Origin: a virus
Lineage: Duplodnaviria > Caudoviricetes
Strand: one strand, 5' to 3'
IMG/VR virus record: IMGVR_UViG_3300029183_000021
Coordinates: 1 to 33,924 of that record
DNA: 33,924 bases
How positions within the stretch are numbered: the stretch's first letter is position 1; every line of letters begins with the position of its first letter. Made by a program: the position numbers and the translations under genes. The notes below the pieces were generated by a model. That model did no database searches and was not told where the DNA came from. It saw only the letters and a list, made by a program, of their open reading frames with translations. Shown one piece after another: positions 1 through 7,020 of this stretch.

Positions 1-66
1 CCATTGATTACCCATTACTTTATTTACTGGTAGTACTTACATTATACCATCCCTACATGTAGACAG

Positions 67-119
67 AATGATTAAATGATTTAATGATTTAATGACACAC
101 AGTATATATCTGACACACA
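67..119. repeat. Tandem 8-mer AATGATT(A/T) x3.6 (67-95) followed by direct repeat TGACACACA (93-101, 111-119)
   Basis: Read directly in AT-rich non-coding DNA. Confidence 0.8.
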
Positions 120-131
120 CTTATACAGTGG

Positions 132-165
132 ATTTAGTAGTATACCTGGTTAGCATCTACTAAAT
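132..165. repeat. 9-bp inverted repeat ATTTAGTAG/CTACTAAAT with 16-nt spacer
   Basis: 132-140 and 157-165 are exact reverse complements. Confidence 0.75.
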
Positions 166-198
166 TGAGAAAAAAGTATACTATTTTATCTCTGCCTA

Positions 199-227
199 TT
201 GACTTCTTCTCATTAAAATGGTATACT
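199..227 (+). promoter_or_regulatory. Strong sigma70-type early promoter
   Basis: TTGACT (199-204), 17-nt spacer, TATACT (222-227) with extended -10 TG; AAGGAG RBS and ATG at 256 follow. Confidence 0.85.
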
Positions 228-255
228 TGTTAACAGGAAACATAAAGGAGATAGG

Positions 256-483
256 ATGAAGACTAATCCAAAACAAATCAAAGTACCTGGTAAGGTTCAT
301 TCTCTGATCAAAGAGTTAGCTGAAAGAGATGAAGCTCAGCTCTGGAGAATCTTAGCAGAGGGAGCTGTTCTCTATAAAGAGAAACACCCCCATAAAAGAA
401 CTGACATGAAAAAGGTCTCTCTTTTGGGTAGACCTAAAAGTAAATCTGATGGAGAGCTTCTAGCGATTGACTTAGAAGACTAA
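256..483 (+). CDS. Small ribbon-helix-helix (Arc/CopG-like) DNA-binding protein
   Basis: KQIKVPGKVHSLIKELAERDEAQLWRILAEGAVLY fits the RHH strand-helix-helix pattern; strong RBS. Confidence 0.6.
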   Translation: MKTNPKQIKVPGKVHSLIKELAERDEAQLWRILAEGAVLYKEKHPHKRTDMKKVSLLGRPKSKSDGELLAIDLED

Positions 484-494
484 GAGACTATATT
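467..494 (+). promoter_or_regulatory. Probable sigma70-type promoter for the structured leader and the 588-1340 gene
   Basis: TTGACT (467-472), 16-nt spacer, TATATT (489-494); the predicted start near 501 coincides with the 5' end of the RNA structure. Confidence 0.55.
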
Positions 495-502
495 TAAACT
501 GT

Positions 503-585
503 GCTCGCTAATCCGCACATCGAGGGGGTAGCTCCCTCTCGGCCTTAGGGCCGCGGTAGCGAGTCAAACACTGAGGATTAGTGAG
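503..585 (+). ncRNA. Structured 5' leader (three-way junction) with alternative anti-RBS pairing
   Basis: Pairings 503-510/557-564, 513-516/553-556, 522-528/534-540 and 541-544/549-552; 504-514 is also complementary to 575-585. Confidence 0.65.
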
Positions 586-587
586 AG

Positions 588-1340
588 ATGGCTTATAAGA
601 ACAAAGCATCCCTAGGCGTACGTGTATTCGAAACTGGTATCGAAGAGAAAGTAAACAGCATCAAACACAGCTGGGAAGAAAACGCTGAAGGTAAATACCA
701 ACTAAACAAAGAAACTGATAGACCTGACGAGAACGTAGCTTACGCTGACTGCGTGGTTATAGGGTACTCTGATAAATGGGAGCCCTATGCGAGAACTCTG
801 AAGAACTACGAGGACACTGTTGGTGATTCTAGAAAGGATCGCCCCAAAGGAGAGATATTTTTCACTCTCATCAGGTTGTACTGGTACCCTCCCGAGTCTA
901 ACGGGTACCTCAATGAAAACTACGGCATCCGCTCTATATTGGAGCGTATAAAGGATCCTAAAGGGATAGTTGCCAAGCAGATAGAGTTGGGTGATTCTAA
1001 CCCTGATTTCGCTTTAAGGATTCTAGATAAATTAAAAGAACTACACCAATCAGGAAATGACAAGCACCTCACCATGAGGGCTGATTTTGAGCGTATGGGA
1101 CCTAGGAAGTTCATAAGAGGGATGCCTAAGGACAACTCCCTTATGTGGCACAAAGGGAAACCTGGTAGCCTATCTAACAAAAAATGGGTGGAGAACATCC
1201 ACGGTAGGGCCTGTCAAGCTTACTTTGAGCACAGAGAGAACATCAAGGGTACTGATCACGAAGACTTTGATTTCGAGATTGATATGGTTCAAGATCTGGG
1301 GGAATCCCGTGACAACCAAGTATTAGGTTTAGACGACTAG
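588..1340 (+). CDS. Hypothetical protein, largest early gene (replication-related only by position)
   Basis: 250-aa ORF; no catalytic motif recognised. Confidence 0.8.
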   Translation: MAYKNKASLGVRVFETGIEEKVNSIKHSWEENAEGKYQLNKETDRPDENVAYADCVVIGYSDKWEPYARTLKNYEDTVGDSRKDRPKGEIFFTLIRLYWYPPESNGYLNENYGIRSILERIKDPKGIVAKQIELGDSNPDFALRILDKLKELHQSGNDKHLTMRADFERMGPRKFIRGMPKDNSLMWHKGKPGSLSNKKWVENIHGRACQAYFEHRENIKGTDHEDFDFEIDMVQDLGESRDNQVLGLDD

Positions 1341-1351
1341 GAGGGGCACCC

Positions 1352-1738
1352 ATGGCTTACGATTCTAATTACTGTATAACACCTAAAGATTACCCGGTGA
1401 AAGATTACCCAGAGTATTACTACAACGACAAAGGAGATAGGAATAAAACTTCCAAGGATCTACTATCCTGGAGAGACTTCATCCTTAGAAACCCCGGCCG
1501 TACCCTGGCTGTGGTACAGAGATGGCACGATCTTGATGAAAACCGTATCAAAATCCTGAAGGCTGCCAGAGCTGGTAAGACTATCCGTAAAGGTGTCCGT
1601 GGTAACCCTGTCCTGTACTACCAAGAAGGTGAAGCTGACCACGGGCTTTTATCTTGGACGGACTTCAGACACCGTAACCCTGATAGATCTATTCATGATG
1701 TCAATAAGTGGTTCGAACTGGGAGGTGAGTATGTCTAA
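1352..1738 (+). CDS. Hypothetical protein with an internal duplicated module
   Basis: GGAGG RBS; LLSWRDFILRNPGRT..VQRW and LLSWTDFRHRNPDRS..VNKW. Confidence 0.85.
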   Translation: MAYDSNYCITPKDYPVKDYPEYYYNDKGDRNKTSKDLLSWRDFILRNPGRTLAVVQRWHDLDENRIKILKAARAGKTIRKGVRGNPVLYYQEGEADHGLLSWTDFRHRNPDRSIHDVNKWFELGGEYV

Positions 1739-2129
1739 CATAGGACTATCAGACCCTACTGGGGACTTTGTTAGACATCGCCAACAACAGTTAGCGATGC
1801 AACAGAAAAGTCTATCCCTCTTAACAGGGGATAGGATTCTAGCTGATATAGACCTAGGTAAGGACGGCTCCTTAAAACTCCTCCGCAATACCGACACCTC
1901 TGATCCTCACTACATCGTCGCCTACACCTACCAAGGTTCCACGGCTAGGAAGAGATGGGACCTAGACCCCTGCGAGGAGATAGGTCCCTTGGAGATCCTC
2001 TTCATCACTTTCCATAAGATAGATGAGGCCAAGACCCTCAATATTAAGAGCATCAAGAAGGACGCCAACGATCCCGAATCCCTCACTAGGTACTATTCAC
2101 AATCAAAATTAAGGTGGTACGGTAAATGA
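1731..2129 (+). CDS. Hypothetical protein, 132 aa (start moved from 1593)
   Basis: GGAGGT RBS before ATG 1731; short overlap with the previous gene and ATGA coupling to the next. Confidence 0.8.
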   Translation: MSNIGLSDPTGDFVRHRQQQLAMQQKSLSLLTGDRILADIDLGKDGSLKLLRNTDTSDPHYIVAYTYQGSTARKRWDLDPCEEIGPLEILFITFHKIDEAKTLNIKSIKKDANDPESLTRYYSQSKLRWYGK

Positions 2130-2548
2130 TTACACCACAACCTGTCAGCGGCCGTTGGAGCTCCAGCGTGCAAACAGAATGGGACCAAGGTAACCTCCGA
2201 CCTAGATTATCAGTACAGATAGAAGAGGGGTTTTCTATTGAAGTTAGATACCGGGAATCGGTCCTATCTGGAGCTGTGTTTTCTACCAGGTCTGAAATAG
2301 TGACCACTCTTAAGTTGGGGGATGTGGAAACCACTAGGGAGCTTGTGGTTAATCGTAAAGATTCCCGAGCGTACTACCGCACCCCCGCTAAACTGAATAA
2401 GGTAATGAAAGAGATCATTAGGGAAGTGGAGAAGGAAGCTAGGGAGTACCACAAGACTCCCATCCACCAATTAGTCGTGGACGCCACTAATGAAGAGTGT
2501 CTATTCAAGCATATAGCTATCAAACTATTGGGGGATTACCGTGTATGA
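2126..2548 (+). CDS. Hypothetical protein
   Basis: ATGA overlap with upstream stop; C-terminus resembles neighbouring ORFs. Confidence 0.8.
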   Translation: MITPQPVSGRWSSSVQTEWDQGNLRPRLSVQIEEGFSIEVRYRESVLSGAVFSTRSEIVTTLKLGDVETTRELVVNRKDSRAYYRTPAKLNKVMKEIIREVEKEAREYHKTPIHQLVVDATNEECLFKHIAIKLLGDYRV

Positions 2549-2855
2549 TCTAGACAACTTCCGCAGGTGGGACTTGGAAGCCGGAGTAGAGCTCATTATC
2601 ACTTGGACCTACAACATAATGGATGATGTTTACACGGCTAGGAAAATGCTGACTTTTGGAGACGTGATCCAGGAACAGAGTGAGTTCTTTCACAATTTGG
2701 ACGATATAGAAAACATGGCTCTAAAGATACAGGATGAATTGTACAAGATTAAAAGCCTGACTTTAGACCGCTTGGTCCTTTCTGCTACCGATCCTAACAA
2801 CTTTTTTAGCAACTATGCGATTTTTTTATTGGATAAAGCTAGAAAAGAGCCCTAA
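2541..2855 (+). CDS. Hypothetical protein
   Basis: GTG start with GGGGGA upstream; 8-nt overlap with the previous gene. Confidence 0.75.
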   Translation: MYDLDNFRRWDLEAGVELIITWTYNIMDDVYTARKMLTFGDVIQEQSEFFHNLDDIENMALKIQDELYKIKSLTLDRLVLSATDPNNFFSNYAIFLLDKARKEP

Positions 2856-2910
2856 AAAGCTATTATCTATTAATACGGTATATATTAAGTATAAAAAGGA
2901 GAACAACCAC

Positions 2911-3168
2911 ATGCACGTATTCGAGTATGCCAAACACCACCCCTAATCAGAAGTCTTCGTACAGGCTTTCGTCTTCATCCCTGAGCAAGATGCCTGGGTA
3001 AGTACGAGAGTCACTATGAAAGGCGCTCACGCTAAGATTTTTGGAGGAAAGACTCTGAAGTTTAAAGGCTACATTGATTTCGAGGGTGTTAAGCGAGTGG
3101 AGATGATCTGTGAGCTTGAAAAAGGAACTGTCCGTTACGTACTTATCCACGAGAAGTACTGTAAATAA
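2911..3168 (+). pseudogene. 85-codon gene interrupted by an in-frame TAA at codon 12
   Basis: AAGGAG RBS and ATG 2911; MHVFEYAKHHP*SEVFVQAFVFIPEQDAWV...YVLIHEKYCK* stays in one frame across TAA 2944-2946. Confidence 0.7.
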
Positions 3169-3197
3169 AAAGGGCCGCTCTCGTGGGGAGAGCGACC
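3163..3197 (-). terminator. Intrinsic terminator on the antisense (minus) strand
   Basis: Minus strand reads GGUCGCUCUC-CCCAC-GAGAGCGGCC then C-UUUUUAUUU; the G.U pair and U-tract work only on this strand. Confidence 0.75.
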
Positions 3198-3258
3198 AAG
3201 CACCATTTATCAGTCAACAATAACCAGTATGCAATAAAAAGGAGATTACTGATGACTC
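3163..3258 (-). ncRNA. Predicted ~95-nt antisense RNA covering the RBS and start codon of 3252-3626
   Basis: Bounded by a minus-strand promoter (3265-3293) and a minus-strand terminator (3163-3197). Confidence 0.55.
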
Positions 3259-3626
3259 AAGAAGAAGATAAAACTAAAAACACAGATTTGCAAGGAAAAA
3301 TCATCGATATTTATAAAAAACTTCCAGAATTCTTGGAAAAAGCGGAAAATATCGAAGAACTCCTAAAACAGGTGAATGCCGGTAATGTTAGCAAGTTTGT
3401 CCCAAGCCAGATAGGGAAACTCTTAGGGAAGCACCCTAAAGAAATTAACGAGACCTTTTGTAACCTGGGTTGGCAGGTAGAGATTACTAAGGGTAAATTC
3501 AAACCTACCTACAAGGGACTCGACTTCTGTTATTACCGTAAGATGGTCAAGGGGCAGTACAAGGGTGAGATCTTTGTAGAGTCTTGGAACCAGGCTGCTG
3601 TGGACACCTTACAGAAAGTATCATAG
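3252..3626 (+). CDS. Antirepressor-like DNA-binding protein (KilAC/ANT C-terminal-like), 124 aa (start moved from 3183)
   Basis: AAAAGGAG RBS before ATG 3252; PSQIGKLLG.HPKEINETFCNLGWQ....GKFKPTYKG resembles the winged-helix domain of phage antirepressors. Confidence 0.6.
   Translation: MTQEEDKTKNTDLQGKIIDIYKKLPEFLEKAENIEELLKQVNAGNVSKFVPSQIGKLLGKHPKEINETFCNLGWQVEITKGKFKPTYKGLDFCYYRKMVKGQYKGEIFVESWNQAAVDTLQKVS
3265..3293 (-). promoter_or_regulatory. Antisense sigma70-type promoter inside the 5' end of the antirepressor-like gene
   Basis: Minus strand TTGCAA (3293-3288), 17-nt spacer, TATCTT (3270-3265). Confidence 0.55.
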
Positions 3627-3660
3627 TATAAACAATAACCACGGTAGGGCTGAAAAGGCC

Positions 3661-3939
3661 ATGGAGAAGAAACTGGAGCTTGAGGAGAGGGGGCTTACCG
3701 AAGTCCATGTCAAGTACAATGAGATCCATGGTTGGATGGTATTATTCAAGTACGGTAAGTTCTCTTATGAGGGCCCTGCTGGTTCTAAATACCAAATCCC
3801 ACCTATCCCCGATATGATACGGAGGATAGAATCTAAAAGAATAGATCAACTCATCCTATTGATATCTAACCCCGAAGAGAAACTACACCCCATTGAAGAG
3901 GCAATCGCCCATTGGATACTCCGAGAAGGAAAAATATGA
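3661..3939 (+). CDS. Hypothetical protein
   Basis: 92-aa ORF, ATGA-coupled to the next gene. Confidence 0.75.
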   Translation: MEKKLELEERGLTEVHVKYNEIHGWMVLFKYGKFSYEGPAGSKYQIPPIPDMIRRIESKRIDQLILLISNPEEKLHPIEEAIAHWILREGKI

Positions 3940-4310
3940 ACACACAATCAGTACACCACGCGCTCATGAAGCACATTGAAGCACACTTCCCTACAGACTC
4001 AAGCCTTTCTAAAGAGCATGAACACCTCATCAACCACAAGCAGTGTCTTGAGGCTTCACTCACCCACACTGGTGGCCATGAGGACCTAGAGACACATATC
4101 AGGCAGCACCTACATCATGTGGGGGAGAGGCTGAAGGTGGTGAGTTTTCTCCGCTACCAAGAATCCATCCAGATGGTAAACCTTTCTAACCTGGCCCACG
4201 GTGTCACCAAAATCCTAGAGGTTATGACATCTGAAGAGCCTGTTGAGGTTAAAGATGGAGACGAATTCGTAAAAACACTTGTAGAACTTAAAGAGAAAGG
4301 AGATCTCTAA
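3936..4310 (+). CDS. Histidine-rich hypothetical protein, 124 aa (start moved from 3912)
   Basis: AAGGA upstream, ATGA overlap; 13 His in the first 61 residues. Confidence 0.75.
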   Translation: MNTQSVHHALMKHIEAHFPTDSSLSKEHEHLINHKQCLEASLTHTGGHEDLETHIRQHLHHVGERLKVVSFLRYQESIQMVNLSNLAHGVTKILEVMTSEEPVEVKDGDEFVKTLVELKEKGDL

Positions 4311-4519
4311 TGGGTATGAAACAGACAATCTTCAAGACTCCAGCCCCAGTAGAGGGTTGGATTGACAAACTAAGGAAAGAGAACGATATGACCATCACCG
4401 AGATCCTTATCGCAGGCGTGTACCGCATGAGCTTACTGGATCAGAGGGAGATTATGGCAGCTGTGGAAGCCTCTCGCACACAGATAAAATTGGAGAATTT
4501 GGAGAAAAGTGAGTCTTAA
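4310..4519 (+). CDS. Second small ribbon-helix-helix-like regulator
   Basis: AAGGAG RBS, TAATG coupling; KQTIFKTPAPVEGWIDKLRKENDMTITEILIAGV fits an RHH pattern. Confidence 0.5.
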   Translation: MGMKQTIFKTPAPVEGWIDKLRKENDMTITEILIAGVYRMSLLDQREIMAAVEASRTQIKLENLEKSES

Positions 4520-4531
4520 CTCACTTTTTTT
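4505..4531. terminator. Intrinsic terminator, potentially bidirectional
   Basis: AAAAGTGAGT-CTTA-ACTCACTTTT with the T run extending to 4531. Confidence 0.8.
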
Positions 4532-4532
4532 A

Positions 4533-4575
4533 TTGCATCGGGTTCTAAAATTGTTTATACTTGGTATATACCAAG
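4533..4575 (+). promoter_or_regulatory. Sigma70-type promoter overlapped by a perfect 16-bp palindrome (candidate operator)
   Basis: TTGCAT (4533-4538), 17-nt spacer, TATACT (4556-4561); CTTGGTATATACCAAG at 4560-4575. Confidence 0.75.
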
Positions 4576-4594
4576 ACAACAAGGAGAAAAAGTC

Positions 4595-4978
4595 ATGTTA
4601 GTATTAGCCCTCATCACACTATTAGCAGGATTATCATTCGGAGGCCAGAACAAAGTAGTTACAAGGACTTTTAGCTGGGTGGACGAGCACGAGTGTACCG
4701 TAAAGATCGACACATCGGCCGCAAACCGTGTCTTGTGGGTAGAGGAGGGCAACACCACTTACCGTTACCCACTACGTGCCGTGTGCTCCTTCAACGACCA
4801 TAGTAGATTATCCGAAGTGAAACTCTATGATGTAGAAGGATTTGAGATCGGTAGTTCTTTCAAGTGTTTAATATCAGGCGCGTTCAAAAGTAGAGCGTCA
4901 ACCTGTTACTACGACGTACCTAGTAATCCCAGCAGAATCTACGATTTCCGCTCAATGAGTGTAACGAGGTACCAATGA
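4595..4978 (+). CDS. Secreted or periplasmic protein with signal peptide
   Basis: AAGGAG RBS; hydrophobic N-terminus MLVLALITLLAGLSFG; four Cys in a beta-rich mature part. Confidence 0.75.
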   Translation: MLVLALITLLAGLSFGGQNKVVTRTFSWVDEHECTVKIDTSAANRVLWVEEGNTTYRYPLRAVCSFNDHSRLSEVKLYDVEGFEIGSSFKCLISGAFKSRASTCYYDVPSNPSRIYDFRSMSVTRYQ

Positions 4979-5130
4979 TACACCCCGTGATTATAAATGC
5001 AGCTATTCAGATAGGCGTACTTATGACCTTTCACGCCTTCCTGACCTTACAAGAGCGTAAAGAGCGCTACGAATTAAAATGTAGATTAAGAGAAAAAAGA
5101 CTTAGGGAGAAGAAAAATGGAAGCGTTTAA
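4975..5130 (+). CDS. 51-aa small membrane protein with a basic tail (absent from the ORF track)
   Basis: ATGA overlap; MIHPVIINAAIQIGVLMTFHAFLTLQERKERYELKCRLREKRLREKKNGSV fills the gap between its neighbours. Confidence 0.65.
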   Translation: MIHPVIINAAIQIGVLMTFHAFLTLQERKERYELKCRLREKRLREKKNGSV

Positions 5131-5452
5131 ACCTATCGAGAAGTACAGAGTAGTCACTACTAAGACTACCATAATCCCTGGCGTTCCTAATAAAGAGGAA
5201 ATTACCAGAGGCATCGTACCTAGATCCAGACTCACTGAAGATTTCTTAATCCCTGAAGATGCCGCACTACTATCTAAGAAGAACACTGACGGCGTGCTAG
5301 TATTAAACTTCAGAAGAGACTTGCCATTCTTCGGTTTTGAATACTACCACCGCACAGTGATTCCTATCAAAGAGAAACCTAAGGACGCGAAGACAGACCC
5401 TAACTTACTCAAATTCTCCTTGTCTTATTACGGGGTAAGCTTGGGACTTTAA
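5117..5452 (+). CDS. Hypothetical protein
   Basis: GGGAG RBS; its stop overlaps the convergent gene stop (TTAA). Confidence 0.75.
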   Translation: MEAFKPIEKYRVVTTKTTIIPGVPNKEEITRGIVPRSRLTEDFLIPEDAALLSKKNTDGVLVLNFRRDLPFFGFEYYHRTVIPIKEKPKDAKTDPNLLKFSLSYYGVSLGL

Positions 5453-7020
5453 AACTCCCCAAGCTCTCTGATCTTCAAGTCTTGTTCAGCCTTCAACTGT
5501 CTTTTACGGTTGGAGGTTGTTCTTTTTAACTCGTCAAAAGCATTAAACGTAGGGAATGGGTCTCTAGCACCCGCTCTCTCCATCGCAGCTCTTTCCATGT
5601 TTAAGTAAGGTTCATCCAACTGCCTCAACCACCCCTGGTCGTAGAATAGGCCTCCAGACCACTTATCGATAGGTACAGCGTCCCCTTGTAGGATACGTTG
5701 AGCCATCCATCTCTCTAGAGGGCTTCGGTTAAAATCCCCTACAGCCTCTAGATTCCACTTCATTGTTTCAGGTGTGATAGCTCCACTCTCTACCATGTCC
5801 AACATACGAGCATTGGGAGTCCCACCTAACATGGAAGCCAATCTGCTTTCCCAGTACCTAGCGGGAGAAGCACCGCCCATGGAACCAACTTCACTGAAAG
5901 GAAGTATAGCACTGTAGTCAAATACCTGCTCTAAGCCCCTTCTGTCCAATGTAGGTCCACCAGCTGATTGGAACATAGCTCGGTCAAGATAGTCATCCAC
6001 AGCAGCTTGTCCCTTCATCACAGGGATCTCGTACTTAGCGTTCAAGTAGTCCTGAAGGTCTAGGTTCATAGCCTGTAAGTTCTTGAGGCCTGTCATTTCT
6101 TGTTTTATCTCTGGAGTCACAGCAGACAAAGGCATAGTGCTTCCAGGTCTTGTTCGGAAGAATAAGCTGGGGTCTGCTAAGACAGTCTCCAATCCTTCTA
6201 GGTTGTCTGTAATAGTCCTGAAGTTTCCTACTTTGCTTTCATCGTACACTTCCAACAGGTTCTTATCTGGTCCGAATACAGAAGGTCCTCCTAGTTCTAC
6301 ATCCTTAGAGTAGATACGAGGTACCTGTTCAAGTCCCTTCTTCTGGGCTGCAAGGTTAGCTGCTTCATTGACGATAGTCCGGTGAGAACCCTCTACAGGT
6401 ACATTAAGCATTCCTTCCCTGGGGGATATCTCTTGTACGGCCTCATCACTAAATGACCTAAGTACCATAGGATCTCTTCTGAAGTACTCATTTAGAGCCA
6501 TGGCTTCTTGTAGGGGATTCACTTCGTTAAGCATGTAAGAGAGCTCTTCAGTCTCTAAGATCTTCTCTAGGTTCGCTTTAGCAGCTTTAGTTTTGAAGGG
6601 GATAGCACCTAAAGCTACCGATCCACCTAGGATACCTTTAGCAAGTCCTTTAACAGCGCTGAAAGGTATATCAGCGAACTCTACTAGATAGCGCTCTAAT
6701 GGAGTCTCATCTCCAAACATCTCTTCAGCAGTGTAACCTAACGGATCTACAGTTTGTCCTAAGGTCTCAAGTATAGCTTCATTGCGGAGCTTCGTACGCT
6801 CTTTCTCGCGCATCTCTCGCATCATTTCTGCTGTCACCGGTACAGAAGTCATCCTTCCGGCTAAGTCCATAGGAGGTTGCTCAAAACCTCTCTCACGTAT
6901 GTCAGATGGAGCTGTACCTTCTGCGTAAGGTATCCCCAAGGGAGCTCTTTGTTCGGGAGTTCTGGAAATGTCCGCAGGAGCTCCTCCCAGTAAGCCTGCT
7001 AAGTATTCTTCATTATTCAT
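5449..7020 (-). CDS. Large hypothetical protein, possibly an internal virion or ejected protein
   Basis: 523 aa, ATGA-coupled to the endolysin; Gly/Ala/Leu-rich N-terminal segments resemble the ejection-type ORFs at 17144-21256. Confidence 0.55.
   Translation of the reverse strand: MNNEEYLAGLLGGAPADISRTPEQRAPLGIPYAEGTAPSDIRERGFEQPPMDLAGRMTSVPVTAEMMREMREKERTKLRNEAILETLGQTVDPLGYTAEEMFGDETPLERYLVEFADIPFSAVKGLAKGILGGSVALGAIPFKTKAAKANLEKILETEELSYMLNEVNPLQEAMALNEYFRRDPMVLRSFSDEAVQEISPREGMLNVPVEGSHRTIVNEAANLAAQKKGLEQVPRIYSKDVELGGPSVFGPDKNLLEVYDESKVGNFRTITDNLEGLETVLADPSLFFRTRPGSTMPLSAVTPEIKQEMTGLKNLQAMNLDLQDYLNAKYEIPVMKGQAAVDDYLDRAMFQSAGGPTLDRRGLEQVFDYSAILPFSEVGSMGGASPARYWESRLASMLGGTPNARMLDMVESGAITPETMKWNLEAVGDFNRSPLERWMAQRILQGDAVPIDKWSGGLFYDQGWLRQLDEPYLNMERAAMERAGARDPFPTFNAFDELKRTTSNRKRQLKAEQDLKIRELGEF

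Noticed and set aside
67-95. Fur box
   Set aside because: The repeat period is 8 nt rather than the GATAAT hexamer array, and there is no inverted half.
503-564. tRNA gene
   Set aside because: No TTCRA T-loop, D-loop or 7-nt anticodon loop; only two internal hairpins.
1593-1730. Upstream ORF-track starts at 1593, 3183, 3912 and 11847
   Set aside because: Downstream ATGs at 1731, 3252, 3936 and 11826 have RBSs and/or stop-start coupling and avoid long overlaps.
2944-2946. Genome-wide stop codon reassignment
   Set aside because: TAA, TAG and TGA all terminate well-defined genes and long ORFs are intact in the standard code; only one interruption was found.
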